Positions 29,101 through 44,100 of a stretch of 64,000 nt of DNA are shown here, piece after piece. The position numbers and the translations under genes were made by a program. The DNA is from Azolla caroliniana (Eukaryota; Plantae; Polypodiophyta), in assembly GCA_043228905.1 (NCBI GenBank), contig JBHGNT010000100.1, positions 1 through 64,000 of the forward strand, read 5' to 3'. The stretch's first letter is position 1. The number at the start of each line of letters is the position of its first letter. The notes under the pieces are model-generated. The model had not been told where the DNA came from, did no database searches, and was given only the letters and a program-made list of their open reading frames with translations.

Positions 29101-32100
29101 GAGTTTCAAAATCTTGATTTTTGAATTCTATATCATAGCTAGCGTTGCTAGCTTCGATTCGCATATTTGAACACAGAAATCCGATATCACACGAGGCAGG
29201 TATGAACATTTTAATTTACTCAAGGGCTCTTCTCAACTCCCTCCATAAGTTTGCTAATTTCTTCATATCTCCTGACCTGAGTTTCAAAATCTTGATTTTT
29301 GAATTCTATATCATAGCTCGCGTTGCTAGCTTCGATTCGAATATTTCAACTTCAAAATCCAATATCACACGAGCCAGGTATGAACATTTTAATTTACTCA
29401 AGGGCTCCTCTCAACTCCATCCTCAAGTTTGCTAATATTATTCATGTGTCTCGACCTGAGTTTCAAAATCTTGATTTTCTAATTCTATATCATAGCTAGC
29501 GTTGCTAGCTTCGATTCGCATATTTGAACACAGAAATCTGATATCACACGAGCCAGGTATGAACATTTTAATTTACTCAAGGGCTCTTCTCAACTCCCTC
29601 CTCAAGTATTCTAATTTCTTCATATCTCCTGACCTGAGTTTCAAAATCTTGATTTTTGAATTCTATATCATAGCTCGAGTTGCTAGCTTCGATTCGCATA
29701 TTTGAACTTCAAAATCGGATATCAGACGAGCCAAGTATGAACATTTTAATTTACTCAAGCGCTCTTCTCAACTCCATCCTCATCTTTGCTAATTTCCTCA
29801 TGTCTCTCGACCTGAGTTTCAAAATCTTGATTTTTTAATTCTATATCATAGCTAGCGTTGCTAGCTTCGATTCGCATATTTGAACACAGAAATCCGATAT
29901 CACACGAGCCAGGTATGAACATTTTAATTTACTCAAGGGCTCTTCTCAACTCCCTCCTCAAGATTGCTAATTTCTTCATATCTCCTGACCTGAGTTTCAA
30001 AATCTTGATTTTCTAATTCTATATCATACCTAGCGTTGCTACCTTCGATTCGCATATTTGAACACAGAAATCCGATATCACACGAAGCAGGTATGAACAT
30101 TTTAATTTACTCAAGGGCTCCTCTCAACTCCATCCTCAAGTTTGCTAATATTATTCATGTGTCTCGACCTGAGTTTCAAAATCTTGATTTTTGAATTCTA
30201 TATCATAGCTAGCGTTGCTAGCTTCGATTCGAATATTTGAACACAGAAATCCGATATCACACGAGCCAGGTATGAACATTTTAATTTACTCAAGGGCTCT
30301 TCTCAACTCCCTCCTCAAATTTGCTAATTTCTTCATATCTCCTGACCTGAGTTTCAAAATCTTGATTTTCTAATTCTATATCATACCTAGCGTTGCTACC
30401 TTCGATTCGCATATTTGAACACAGAAATCTGATATCACACGAGCCAGGTATGAACATTTTAATTTACTCAAGGGCTCTTCTTAACTCCCTCCTCAAGTTT
30501 GCTAATTTCGTCATGTCTCTCGACCTGAGTTTCAAAATCTTGATTTTTGAATTCTATATCATAGCTAGCGTTGCTAGCTTCGATTCGCATATTTGAACAC
30601 AGAAATCCGATATCACACGAGCCAGGTATGAACATTTTAATTTACTCAAGGGCTCTTCTCAACTCCCTCCCCAAGTTTGCTAATTTCTTCATATCTCCTG
30701 ACCTGAGTTTCAAAATCTTGATTTTTGAATTCTATAGCATAGCTCGCGTTGCTAGCTTCCATTCGAATATTTTAACACAGAAATCCAATATCACACGAGC
30801 CAGGTATGAACCTTTTAATTTACTCAAGGGCTCTTCTCAACTCCATCCTCAAGTTTGCTAATATTATTCATGTGTCTCGACCTGAGTTTCAAAATCTTGA
30901 TTTTTGAATTCTATATCATAGCTAGCGTTGCTAGCTTCGATTCGCATATTTGAACACAGAAATCCGATATCACACGAGCCAGGTATGAACATTTTAATTT
31001 ACTCAAGGGCTCTTCTCAACTCCCTCCTCAAGTTTGCTAATTTCTTCATATCTCCTGACCTGAGTTTCAAAATATTGATTTTCGAATTCTATATCATAGC
31101 TTGCGTTGCTACCTTCGATTCGCATATTTGAACACAGAAATCCGATATCACACGAGCCAGGTATGAACATTTTAATTTACTCAAGGGCTCTTCTCAACTC
31201 CATCTTCATCTTTGCTAATTTCGTCATGTCTCTCGACCTGAGTTTCAAAATCTTGATTTTTGAATTCTATATCATACCTAGCGTTGCTAGCTTCGATTCG
31301 CATATTTGAACACAGAAATCCGATATCACACGAGCCAGGTATGAACATTTTAATTTACTCAAGGGCTCTTCTCAACTCCCTCCTTAAGTTTGCTAATTTC
31401 TTCATATCTCCTGACCTGAGTTTCAAAATCTTGATTTTTGAATTCTATATCATAGCTAGCGTTGCTAGCTTCGATTTGTATATTTGAACACAGAAATCCG
31501 ATATCACACGAGCTAGGTATGAACATTTTAATTTACTCAAGGGCTCTTCTCAATTCCCTCCTCATCTTTGCTAATTTCGTCATGTCTCTCGACCTGAGTT
31601 TCAAAATCTTGATTTTTGAATTCTATATCATAGCTCGCGTTGCTAGATTCGATTCGAATATTTGAACATAAAAATCCGATATCACACGTGCCAGGTATGA
31701 ACATTTTAATTTACTTAAGGGCTCTTCTCAACTCCCTCCCCAAGTTTGCTAATTTCTTCATATCTCCTGACCTGAGTTTCAAAATCTTGATTTTTGAATT
31801 CTATAGCATAGCTCGCGTTGCTAGCTTCCATTCGAATATTTTAACACAGAAATCCAATATCACACGAGCCAGGTATGAACCTTTTAATTTACTCAAGGGC
31901 TCTTCTCAACTCCCTCCATAAGTTTGCTAATTTCTTCATATCTCCTGACCTGAGTTTCAAAATCTTGATTTTTGAATTCTATATCATAGCTCGCGTTGCT
32001 AGCTTCGATTCGAATATTTCAACTTCAAAATCCAATATCACACGAGCCAGGTATGAACATTTTAATTTACTCAAGGGCTCCTCTCAACTCCATCCTCAAG

Positions 32101-35100
32101 TTTGCTAATATTATTCATGTGTCTCGACCTGAGTTTCAAAATCTTGATTTTTGATTTCTATATCATAGCTAGCGTCGCTAGCTTCGATTCGAATATTTGA
32201 ACACAGAAATCCGATATCACACGAGCCAGGTATGAACATTTTAATTTACTCAAGGGCTCTTCTCAACTCCCTCCTCAAATTTGCTAATTTCTTCATATCT
32301 CCTGACCTGAGTTTCAAAATCTTGATTTTCTAATTCTATATCATACCTAGCGTTGCTACCTTCGATTCGCATATTTGAACACAGAAATCTGATATCACAC
32401 GAGCCAGGTATGAACATTTTAATTTACTCAAGGGCTCTTCTTAACTCCCTCCTCAAGTTTGCTAATTTCGTCATGTCTCTCGACCTGAGTTTCAAAATCT
32501 TGATTTTTGAATTCTATATCATAGCTAGCGTTGCTAGCTTCGATTCGCATATTTGAACACAGAAATCCGATATCACACGAGGCAGGTATGAACATTTTAA
32601 TTTACTCAAGGGCTCTTCTCAACTCCCTCCATAAGTTTGCTAATTTCTTCATATCTCCTGACCTGAGTTTCAAAATCTTGATTTTTGAATTCTATATCAT
32701 AGCTCGCGTTGCTAGCTTCGATTCGAATATTTCAACTTCAAAATCCAATATCACACGAGCCAGGTATGAACATTTTAATTTACTCAAGGGCTCCTCTCAA
32801 CTCCATCCTCAAGTTTGCTAATATTATTCATGTGTCTCGACCTGAGTTTCAAAATCTTGATTTTCTAATTCTATATCATAGCTAGCGTTGCTAGCTTCGA
32901 TTCGCATATTTGAACACAGAAATCTGATATCACACGAGCCAGGTATGAACATTTTAATTTACTCAAGGGCTCTTCTCAACTCCCTCCTCAAGTATTCTAA
33001 TTTCTTCATATCTCCTGACCTGAGTTTCAAAATCTTGATTTTTGAATTCTATATCATAGCTCGAGTTGCTAGCTTCGATTCGCATATTTGAACTTCAAAA
33101 TCGGATATCAGACGAGCCAAGTATGAACATTTTAATTTACTCAAGCGCTCTTCTCAACTCCATCCTCATCTTTGCTAATTTCCTCATGTCTCTCGACCTG
33201 AGTTTCAAAATCTTGATTTTTTAATTCTATATCATAGCTAGCGTTGCTAGCTTCGATTCGCATATTTGAACACAGAAATCCGATATCACACGAGCCAGGT
33301 ATGAACATTTTAATTTACTCAAGGGCTCTTCTCAACTCCCTCCTCAAGATTGCTAATTTCTTCATATCTCCTGACCTGAGTTTCAAAATCTTGATTTTCT
33401 AATTCTATATCATACCTAGCGTTGCTACCTTCGATTCGCATATTTGAACACAGAAATCCGATATCACACGAAGCAGGTATGAACATTTTAATTTACTCAA
33501 GGGCTCCTCTCAACTCCATCCTCAAGTTTGCTAATATTATTCATGTGTCTCGACCTGAGTTTCAAAATCTTGATTTTTGAATTCTATATCATAGCTAGCG
33601 TTGCTAGCTTCGATTCGAATATTTGAACACAGAAATCCGATATCACACGAGCCAGGTATGAACATTTTAATTTACTCAAGGGCTCTTCTCAACTCCCTCC
33701 TCAAATTTGCTAATTTCTTCATATCTCCTGACCTGAGTTTCAAAATCTTGATTTTCTAATTCTATATCATACCTAGCGTTGCTACCTTCGATTCGCATAT
33801 TTGAACACAGAAATCTGATATCACACGAGCCAGGTATGAACATTTTAATTTACTCAAGGGCTCTTCTTAACTCCCTCCTCAAGTTTGCTAATTTCGTCAT
33901 GTCTCTCGACCTGAGTTTCAAAATCTTGATTTTTGAATTCTATATCATAGCTAGCGTTGCTAGCTTCGATTCGCATATTTGAACACAGAAATCCGATATC
34001 ACACGAGCCAGGTATGAACATTTTAATTTACTCAAGGGCTCTTCTCAACTCCCTCCCCAAGTTTGCTAATTTCTTCATATCTCCTGACCTGAGTTTCAAA
34101 ATCTTGATTTTTGAATTCTATAGCATAGCTCGCGTTGCTAGCTTCCATTCGAATATTTTAACACAGAAATCCAATATCACACGAGCCAGGTATGAACCTT
34201 TTAATTTACTCAAGGGCTCTTCTCAACTCCATCCTCAAGTTTGCTAATATTATTCATGTGTCTCGACCTGAGTTTCAAAATCTTGATTTTTGAATTCTAT
34301 ATCATAGCTAGCGTTGCTAGCTTCGATTCGAATATTTGAACACAGAAATCCGATATCACACGAGCCAGGTATGAACATTTTAATATACTCAAGGGCTCTT
34401 CTCAACTCCCTCCTCAAGTTTGCTAATTTCTTCATATCTCCTGACCTGAGTTTCAAAATCTTGAATGTTGAATTCTATATCATACCTAGCGTTGCTACCT
34501 TCGATTCGCATATTTGAACACAGAAATCTGATATCACACGAGCCAGGTATGAACATTTTAATTTACTCAAGGGCTCTTCTCAACTCCCTCCTCAAGTATT
34601 CTAATTTCTTCATATCTCCTGACCTGAGTTTCAAAATCTTGATTTTTGAATTCTATATCATAGCTCGAGTTGCTAGCTTCGATTCGCATATTTGAACTTC
34701 AAAATCGGATATCAGACGAGCCAAGTATGAACATTTTAATTTACTCAAGCGCTCTTCTCAACTCCATCCTCATCTTTGCTAATTTCCTCATGTCTCTCGA
34801 CCTGAGTTTCAAAATCTTGATTTTTTAATTCTATATCATAGCTAGCGTTGCTAGCTTCGATTCGCATATTTGAACACAGAAATCCGATATCACACGAGCC
34901 AGGTATGAACATTTTAATTTACTCAAGGGCTCTTCTCAACTCCCTCCTCAAGATTGCTAATTACTTCATATCTCCTGACCTGAGTTTCAAAATCTTGATT
35001 TTCTAATTCTATATCATACCTAGCGTTGCTACCTTCGATTCGCATATTTGAACACAGAAATCCGATATCACACGAAGCAGGTATGAACATTTTAATTTAC

Positions 35101-38100
35101 TCAAGGGCTCCTCTCAACTCCATCCTCAAGTTTGCTAATATTATTCATGTGTCTCGACCTGAGTTTCAAAATCTTGATTTTTGAATTCTATATCATAGCT
35201 AGCGTTGCTAGCTTCGATTCGAATATTTGAACACAGAAATCCGATATCACACGAGCCAGGTATGAACATTTTAATTTACTCAAGGGCTCTTCTCAACTCC
35301 CTCCTCAAGTTTGCTAATTTCTTCATATCTCCTGACCTGAGTTTCAAAATATTGATTTTCTAATTCTATATCATACCTAGCGTTGCTAGCTTCGATTCGC
35401 ATATTTGAACACAGAAATCCGATATCACACGAGCCAGGTATGAACATTTTAATTTACTCAAGGGCTCTTCTCAACTCCCTCCTCAAGATTGCTAATTTCG
35501 TCATGTCTCTCGACCTGAGTTTCAAAATCTGGATTTTTGAATCCGATATCATAGCTAGCGTTGCTAGCTTCGATTCGAATATTTTAACACAGAAATCCAA
35601 TATCACACGAGCCAGGTATGAACCTTTTAATTTACTCAAGGGCTCTTCTCAACTCCCTCCTCAAGTTTGCTAATTTCTTCATATCTCCTGACCTGAGTTT
35701 CAAAATCTTGATTTTTGAATTCTATATCATAGCTCGAGTTGCTAGCTTCGATTCGAATATTTGAACTTCAAAATCCGATATCACACGAGCCAGGTATGAA
35801 CATTTTAATTTACTCAAGGGCTCCTCTCAACTCCATCCTCAAGTTTGCTAATATTATTCATGTGTCTCGACCTGAGTTTCAAAATCTTGATTTTCTAATT
35901 CTATATCATAGCTAGCGTTGCTAGCTTCGATTCGCATATTTGAACACAGAAATCCGATATCACACGAGCCAGGTATGAACATTTTAATTTACTCAAGGGC
36001 TCTTCTCAACTCCCTCCTCAAGATTGCTACTTTCTTCATATCTCCTGACCTGAGTTTCAAAATCTTGATTTTCTAATTCTATATCATACCTAGCGTTGCT
36101 ACCTTCGATTCGCATATTTGAACACAGAAATCTGATATCACACGAGCCAGGTATGAACATTTTAATTTACTCAAGGGCTCTTCTCAACTCCCTCCTCAAG
36201 TTTGCTAATTTCGTCATGTCTCTCGACCTGAGTTTCAAAATCTTGATTTTTGAATTCTATATGATACCTAGCGTTGCTAGCTTCGATTCGCATATTTGAA
36301 CACAGAAATCCGATATCACACGAGCCAGGTATGAACATTTTAATTTACTCAAGGGCTCTTCTCAACTCCCTCCTCAAGTTTGCTAATTTCTTCATATCTC
36401 CTGACCTGAGTTTCAAAATCTTGATTTTTGAATTCTATATCATAGCTAGCGTTGCTAGCTTCGATTTGTATATTTGAACACAGAAATCCGATATCACACG
36501 AGCTAGGTATGAACATTTTAATTTACTCAAGGGCTCTTCTCAATTCCCTCCTCATCTTTGCTAATTTCGTCATGTCTCTCGACCTGAGTTTCAAAATCTT
36601 GATTTTTGAATTCTATATCATAGCTCGCGTTGCTAGATTCGATTCGAATATTTGAACATAAAAATCCGATATCACACGTGCCAGGTATGAACATTTTAAT
36701 TTACTTAAGGGCTCTTCTCAACTCCCTCCCCAAGTTTGCTAATTTCTTCATATCTCCTGACCTGAGTTTCAAAATCTGGATTTTTGAATCCGATATCATA
36801 GCTAGCGTTGCTAGCTTCGATTCGAATATTTTAACACAGAAATCCAATATCACACGAGCCAGGTATGAACCTTTTAATTTACTCAAGGGCTCTTCTCAAC
36901 TCCCTCCTCAAGTTTGCTAATTTCTTCATATCTCCTGACCTGAGTTTCAAAATCTTGATTTTTGAATTCTATATCATAGCTCGAGTTGCTAGCTTCGATT
37001 CGAATATTTGAACTTCAAAATCCGATATCACACGAGCCAGGTATGAACATTTTAATTTACTCAAGGGCTCCTCTCAACTCCATCCTCAAGTTTGCTAATA
37101 TTATTCATGTGTCTCGACCTGAGTTTCAAAATCTTGATTTTCTAATTCTATATCATAGCTAGCGTTGCTAGCTTCGATTCGCATATTTGAACACAGAAAT
37201 CCGATATCACACGAGCCAGGTATGAACATTTTAATTTACTCAAGGGCTCTTCTCAACTCCCTCCTCAAGATTGCTACTTTCTTCATATCTCCTGACCTGA
37301 GTTTCAAAATCTTGATTTTCTAATTCTATATCATACCTAGCGTTGCTACCTTCGATTCGCATATTTGAACACAGAAATCTGATATCACACGAGCCAGGTA
37401 TGAACATTTTAATTTACTCAAGGGCTCTTCTCAACTCCCTCCTCAAGTTTGCTAATTTCGTCATGTCTCTCGACCTGAGTTTCAAAATCTTGATTTTTGA
37501 ATTCTATATGATACCTAGCGTTGCTAGCTTCGATTCGCATATTTGAACACAGAAATCCGATATCACACGAGCCAGGTATGAACATTTTAATTTACTCAAG
37601 GGCTCTTCTCAACTCCCTCCTCAAGTTTGCTAATTTCTTCATATCTCCTGACCTGAGTTTCAAAATATTGATTTTCGAATTCTATATCATAGCTTGCGTT
37701 GCTACCTTCGAATCGCATATTTGAACACAGAAATCCGATATCACACGAGCCAGGTATGAACATTTTAATTTACTCAAGGGCTCTTCTCAACTCCATCTTC
37801 ATCTTTGCTAATTTCGTCATGTCTCTCGACCTGAGTTTCAAAATCTTGATTTTTGAATTCTATATCATACCTAGCGTTGCTAGCTTCGATTCGCATATTT
37901 GAACACAGAAATCCGATATCACACGAGCCAGGTATGAACATTTTAATTTACTCAAGGGCTCTTCTCAACTCCCTCCTTAAGTTTGCTAATTTCTTCATAT
38001 CTCCTGACCTGAGTTTCAAAATCTTGATTTTTGAATTCTATATCATAGCTAGCGTTGCTAGCTTCGATTTGTATATTTGAACACAGAAATCCGATATCAC

Positions 38101-41100
38101 ACGAGCTAGGTATGAACATTTTAATTTACTCAAGGGCTCTTCTCAATTCCCTCCTCATCTTTGCTAATTTCGTCATGTCTCTCGACCTGAGTTTCAAAAT
38201 CTTGATTTTTGAATTCTATATCATAGCTCGCGTTGCTAGATTCGATTCGAATATTTGAACATAAAAATCCGATATCACACGTGCCAGGTATGAACATTTT
38301 AATTTACTTAAGGGCTCTTCTCAACTCCCTCCCCAAGTTTGCTAATTTCTTCATATCTCCTGACCTGAGTTTCAAAATCTTGATTTTTGAATTCTATAGC
38401 ATAGCTCGCGTTGCTAGCTTCCATTCGAATATTTTAACACAGAAATCCAATATCACACGAGCCAGGTATGAACCTTTTAATTTACTCAAGGGCTCTTCTC
38501 AACTCCCTCCATAAGTTTGCTAATTTCTTCATATCTCCTGACCTGAGTTTCAAAATCTTGATTTTTGAATTCTATATCATAGCTCGCGTTGCTAGCTTCG
38601 ATTCGAATATTTCAACTTCAAAATCCAATATCACACGAGCCAGGTATGAACATTTTAATTTACTCAAGGGCTCCTCTCAACTCCATCCTCAAGTTTGCTA
38701 ATATTATTCATGTGTCTCGACCTGAGTTTCAAAATCTTGATTTTTGATTTCTATATCATAGCTAGCGTCGCTAGCTTCGATTCGAATATTTGAACACAGA
38801 AATCCGATATCACACGAGCCAGGTATGAACATTTTAATTTACTCAAGGGCTCTTCTCAACTCCCTCCTCAAATTTGCTAATTTCTTCATATCTCCTGACC
38901 TGAGTTTCAAAATCTTGATTTTCTAATTCTATATCATACCTAGCGTTGCTACCTTCGATTCGCATATTTGAACACAGAAATCTGATATCACACGAGCCAG
39001 GTATGAACATTTTAATTTACTCAAGGGCTCTTCTTAACTCCCTCCTCAAGTTTGCTAATTTCGTCATGTCTCTCGACCTGAGTTTCAAAATCTTGATTTT
39101 TGAATTCTATATCATAGCTAGCGTTGCTAGCTTCGATTCGCATATTTGAACACAGAAATCCGATATCACACGAGGCAGGTATGAACATTTTAATTTACTC
39201 AAGGGCTCTTCTCAACTCCCTCCATAAGTTTGCTAATTTCTTCATATCTCCTGACCTGAGTTTCAAAATCTTGATTTTTGAATTCTATATCATAGCTCGC
39301 GTTGCTAGCTTCGATTCGAATATTTCAACTTCAAAATCCAATATCACACGAGCCAGGTATGAACATTTTAATTTACTCAAGGGCTCCTCTCAACTCCATC
39401 CTCAAGTTTGCTAATATTATTCATGTGTCTCGACCTGAGTTTCAAAATCTTGATTTTTGATTTCTATATCATAGCTAGCGTTGCTAGCTTCGATTCGAAT
39501 ATTTGAACACAGAAATCCGATATCACACGAGCCAGGTATGAACATTTTAATTTACTCAAGGGCTCTTCTCAACTCCCTCCTCAAATTTGCTAATTTCTTC
39601 ATATCTCCTGACCTGAGTTTCAAAATCTTGATTTTTGAATTCTATATCATAGCTAGCGTTGCTAGCTTCGATTTGTATATTTGAACACAGAAATCCGATA
39701 TCACACGAGCTAGGTATGAACATTTTAATTTACTCAAGGGCTCTTCTCAATTCCCTCCTCATCTTTGCTAATTTCGTCATGTCTCTCGACCTGAGTTTCA
39801 AAATCTTGATTTTTGAATTCTATATCATAGCTCGCGTTGCTAGATTCGATTCGAATATTTGAACATAAAAATCCGATATCACACGTGCCAGGTATGAACA
39901 TTTTAATTTACTTAAGGGCTCTTCTCAACTCCCTCCCCAAGTTTGCTAATTTCTTCATATCTCCTGACCTGAGTTTCAAAATCTTGATTTTTGAATTCTA
40001 TAGCATAGCTCGCGTTGCTAGCTTCCATTCGAATATTTTAACACAGAAATCCAATATCACACGAGCCAGGTATGAACCTTTTAATTTACTCAAGGGCTCT
40101 TCTCAACTCCATCCTCAAGTTTGCTAATATTATTCATGTGTCTCGACCTGAGTTTCAAAATCTTGATTTTTGAATTCTATATCATAGCTAGCGTTGCTAG
40201 CTTCGATTCGCATATTTGAACACAGAAATCCGATATCACACGAGGCAGGTATGAACATTTTAATTTACTCAAGGGCTCTTCTCAACTCCCTCCATAAGTT
40301 TGCTAATTTCTTCATATCTCCTGACCTGAGTTTCAAAATCTTGATTTTTGAATTCTATATCATAGCTCGCGTTGCTAGCTTCGATTCGAATATTTCAACT
40401 TCAAAATCCAATATCACACGAGCCAGGTATGAACATTTTAATTTACTCAAGGGCTCCTCTCAACTCCATCCTCAAGTTTGCTAATATTATTCATGTGTCT
40501 CGACCTGAGTTTCAAAATCTTGATTTTTGATTTCTATATCATAGCTAGCGTTGCTAGCTTCGATTCGAATATTTGAACACAGAAATCCGATATCACACGA
40601 GCCAGGTATGAACATTTTAATTTACTCAAGGGCTCTTCTCAACTCCCTCCTCAAATTTGCTAATTTCTTCATATCTCCTGACCTGAGTTTCAAAATCTTG
40701 ATTTTTGAATTCTATATCATAGCTAGCGTTGCTAGCTTCGATTTGTATATTTGAACACAGAAATCCGATATCACACGAGCTAGGTATGAACATTTTAATT
40801 TACTCAAGGGCTCTTCTCAATTCCCTCCTCATCTTTGCTAATTTCGTCATGTCTCTCGACCTGAGTTTCAAAATCTTGATTTTTGAATTCTATATCATAG
40901 CTCGCGTTGCTAGATTCGATTCGAATATTTGAACATAAAAATCCGATATCACACGTGCCAGGTATGAACATTTTAATTTACTTAAGGGCTCTTCTCAACT
41001 CCCTCCCCAAGTTTGCTAATTTCTTCATATCTCCTGACCTGAGTTTCAAAATCTTGATTTTTGAATTCTATAGCATAGCTCGCGTTGCTAGCTTCCATTC

Positions 41101-44100
41101 GAATATTTTAACACAGAAATCCAATATCACACGAGCCAGGTATGAACCTTTTAATTTACTCAAGGGCTCTTCTCAACTCCATCCTCAAGTTTGCTAATAT
41201 TATTCATGTGTCTCGACCTGAGTTTCAAAATCTTGATTTTTTAATTCTATATCATAGCTAGCGTTGCTAGCTTCGATTCGCATATTTGAACACAGAAATC
41301 CGATATCACACGAGCCAGGTATGAACATTTTAATTTACTCAAGGGCTCTTCTCAACTCCCTCCTCAAGATTGCTAATTTCTTCATATCTCCTGACCTGAG
41401 TTTCAAAATCTTGATTTTTGAATTCTATATCATAGCTAGCGTTGCTAGCTTCGATTCGCATATTTGAACACAGAAATCCGATATCACACGAACCAGGTAT
41501 GAACATTTTAATTTACTCAAGGGCTCCTCTCAACTCCATCCTCAAGTTTGCTAATATTATTCATGTGTCTCGACCTGAGTTTCAAAATCTTGATTTTTGA
41601 ATTCTATATCATAGCTAGCGTTGCTAGCTTCGATTCGAATATTTGAACACAGAAATCCGATATCACACGAGCCAGGTATGAACATTTTAATTTACTCAAG
41701 GGCTCTTCTCAACTCCCTCCTTAAGTTTGCTAATTTCTTCATATCTCCTGACCTGAGTTTCAAAATCTTGATTTTTGAATTCTATATCATAGCTAGCGTT
41801 GCAAGCTTCGATTTGTATATTTGAACACAGAAATCCGATATCACACGAGCTAGGTATGAACATTTTAATTTACTCAAGGGCTCTTCTCAATTCCCTCCTC
41901 ATCTTTGCTAATTTCGTCATGTCTCTCGACCTGAGTTTCAAAATCTTGATTTTTGAATTCTATATCATAGCTCGCGTTGCTAGATTCGATTCGAATATTT
42001 GAACATAAAAATCCGATATCACACGTGCCAGGTATGAACATTTTAATTTACTTAAGGGCTCTTCTCAACTCCCTCCCCAAGTTTGCTAATTTCTTCATAT
42101 CTCCTGACCTGAGTTTCGAAATCTTGATTTTTGAATTCTATAGCATAGCTCGCGTTGCTAGCTTCCATTCGAATATTTTAACACAGAAATCCAATATCAC
42201 ACGAGCCAGGTATGAACCTTTTAATTTACTCAAGGGCTCTTCTCAACTCCCTCCATAAGTTTGCTAATTTCTTCATATCTCCTGACCTGAGTTTCAAAAT
42301 CTTGATTTTTGAATTCTATATCATAGCTCGCGTTGCTAGCTTCGATTCGAATATTTCAACTTCAAAATCCAATATCACACGAGCCAGGTATGAACATTTT
42401 AATTTACTCAAGGGCTCTTCTCAACTCCCTCCTCAAGTTTGCTAATTTCTTCATATCTCCTGACCTGAGTTTCAAAATATTGATTTTCGAATTCTATATC
42501 ATAGCTTGCGTTGCTACCTTCGAATCGCATATTTGAACACAGAAATCCGATATCACACGAGCCAGGTATGAACATTTTAATTTACTCAAGGGCTCTTCTC
42601 AACTCCCTCCTCAAGTTTGCTAATTTCGTCATGTCTCTCGACCTGAGTTTCAAAATCTTGATTTTTGAATTCTATATCATACCTAGCGTTGCTAGCTTCG
42701 ATTCGCATATTTGAACACAGAAATCCGATATCACACGAGCCAGGTATGAACATTTTAATTTACTCAAGGGCTCTTCTCAACTCCCTCCTTAAGTTTGCTA
42801 ATTTCTTCATATCTCCTGACCTGAGTTTCAAAATCTTGATTTTTGAATTCTATATCATAGCTAGCGTTGCTAGCTTCGATTTGTATATTTGAACACAGAA
42901 ATCCGATATCACACGAGCTAGGTATGAACATTTTAATTTACTCAAGGGCTCTTCTCAATTCCCTCCTCATCTTTGCTAATTTCGTCATGTCTCTCGACCT
43001 GAGTTTCAAAATCTTGATTTTTGAATTCTATATCATAGCTCGCGTTGCTAGATTCGATTCGAATATTTGAACATAAAAATCCGATATCACACGTGCCAGG
43101 TATGAACATTTTAATTTACTTAAGGGCTCTTCTCAACTCCCTCCCCAGGTTTGCTAATTTCTTCATATCTCCTGACCTGAGTTTCAAAATCTTGATTTTT
43201 GAATTCTATAGCATAGCTCGCGTTGCTAGCTTCCATTCGAATATTTTAACACAGAAATCCAATATCACACGAGCCAGGTATGAACCTTTTAATTTACTCA
43301 AGGGCTCTTCTCAACTCCCTCCATAAGTTTGTTAATTTCTTCATATCTCCTGACCTGAGTTTCAAAATCTTGATTTTTGAATTCTATATCATAGCTCGCG
43401 TTGCTAGCTTCGATTCGAATATTTCAACTTCAAAATCCAATATCACACGAGCCAGGTATGAACATTTTAATTTACTCAAGGGCTCCTCTCAACTCCATCC
43501 TCAAGTTTGCTAATATTATTCATGTGTCTCGACCTGAGTTTCAAAATCTTGATTTTTGAATTCTATATCATAGCTAGCGTTGCTAGCTTCGATTCGAATA
43601 TTTGAACACAGAAATCCGATATCACACGAGCCAGGTATGAACATTTTAATTTACTCAAGGGCTCTTCTCAACTCCCTCCTCAAGTTTGCTGATTTCTTCA
43701 TATCTCCTGACCTGAGTTTCAAAATCTTGATTTTTGAATTCTATATCATAGCTCGAGTTGCTAGGTTCGATGCGAATATTTGAACTTCAAAATCCGATAT
43801 CACACGAGCCAGGTATGAACATTTTAATTTACTCTAGGGCTCCTCTCAACTCCATCCTCAAGTTTGCTAATATTATTCATGTGTCTCGACCTGAGTTTCA
43901 AAATCTTGATTTTCTAATTCTATATCATAGCTAGCGTTGCTAGCTTCGATTCGCATATTTGAACACAGAAATCCGATATCACACGAGCCAGGTATGAACA
44001 TTTTAATTTACTCAAGGGCTCTTCTCAACTCCCTCCTCAAGATTGCTAATTTCTTCATATCTCCTGACCTGAGTTTCAAAATCTTGATTTTCTAATTCTA

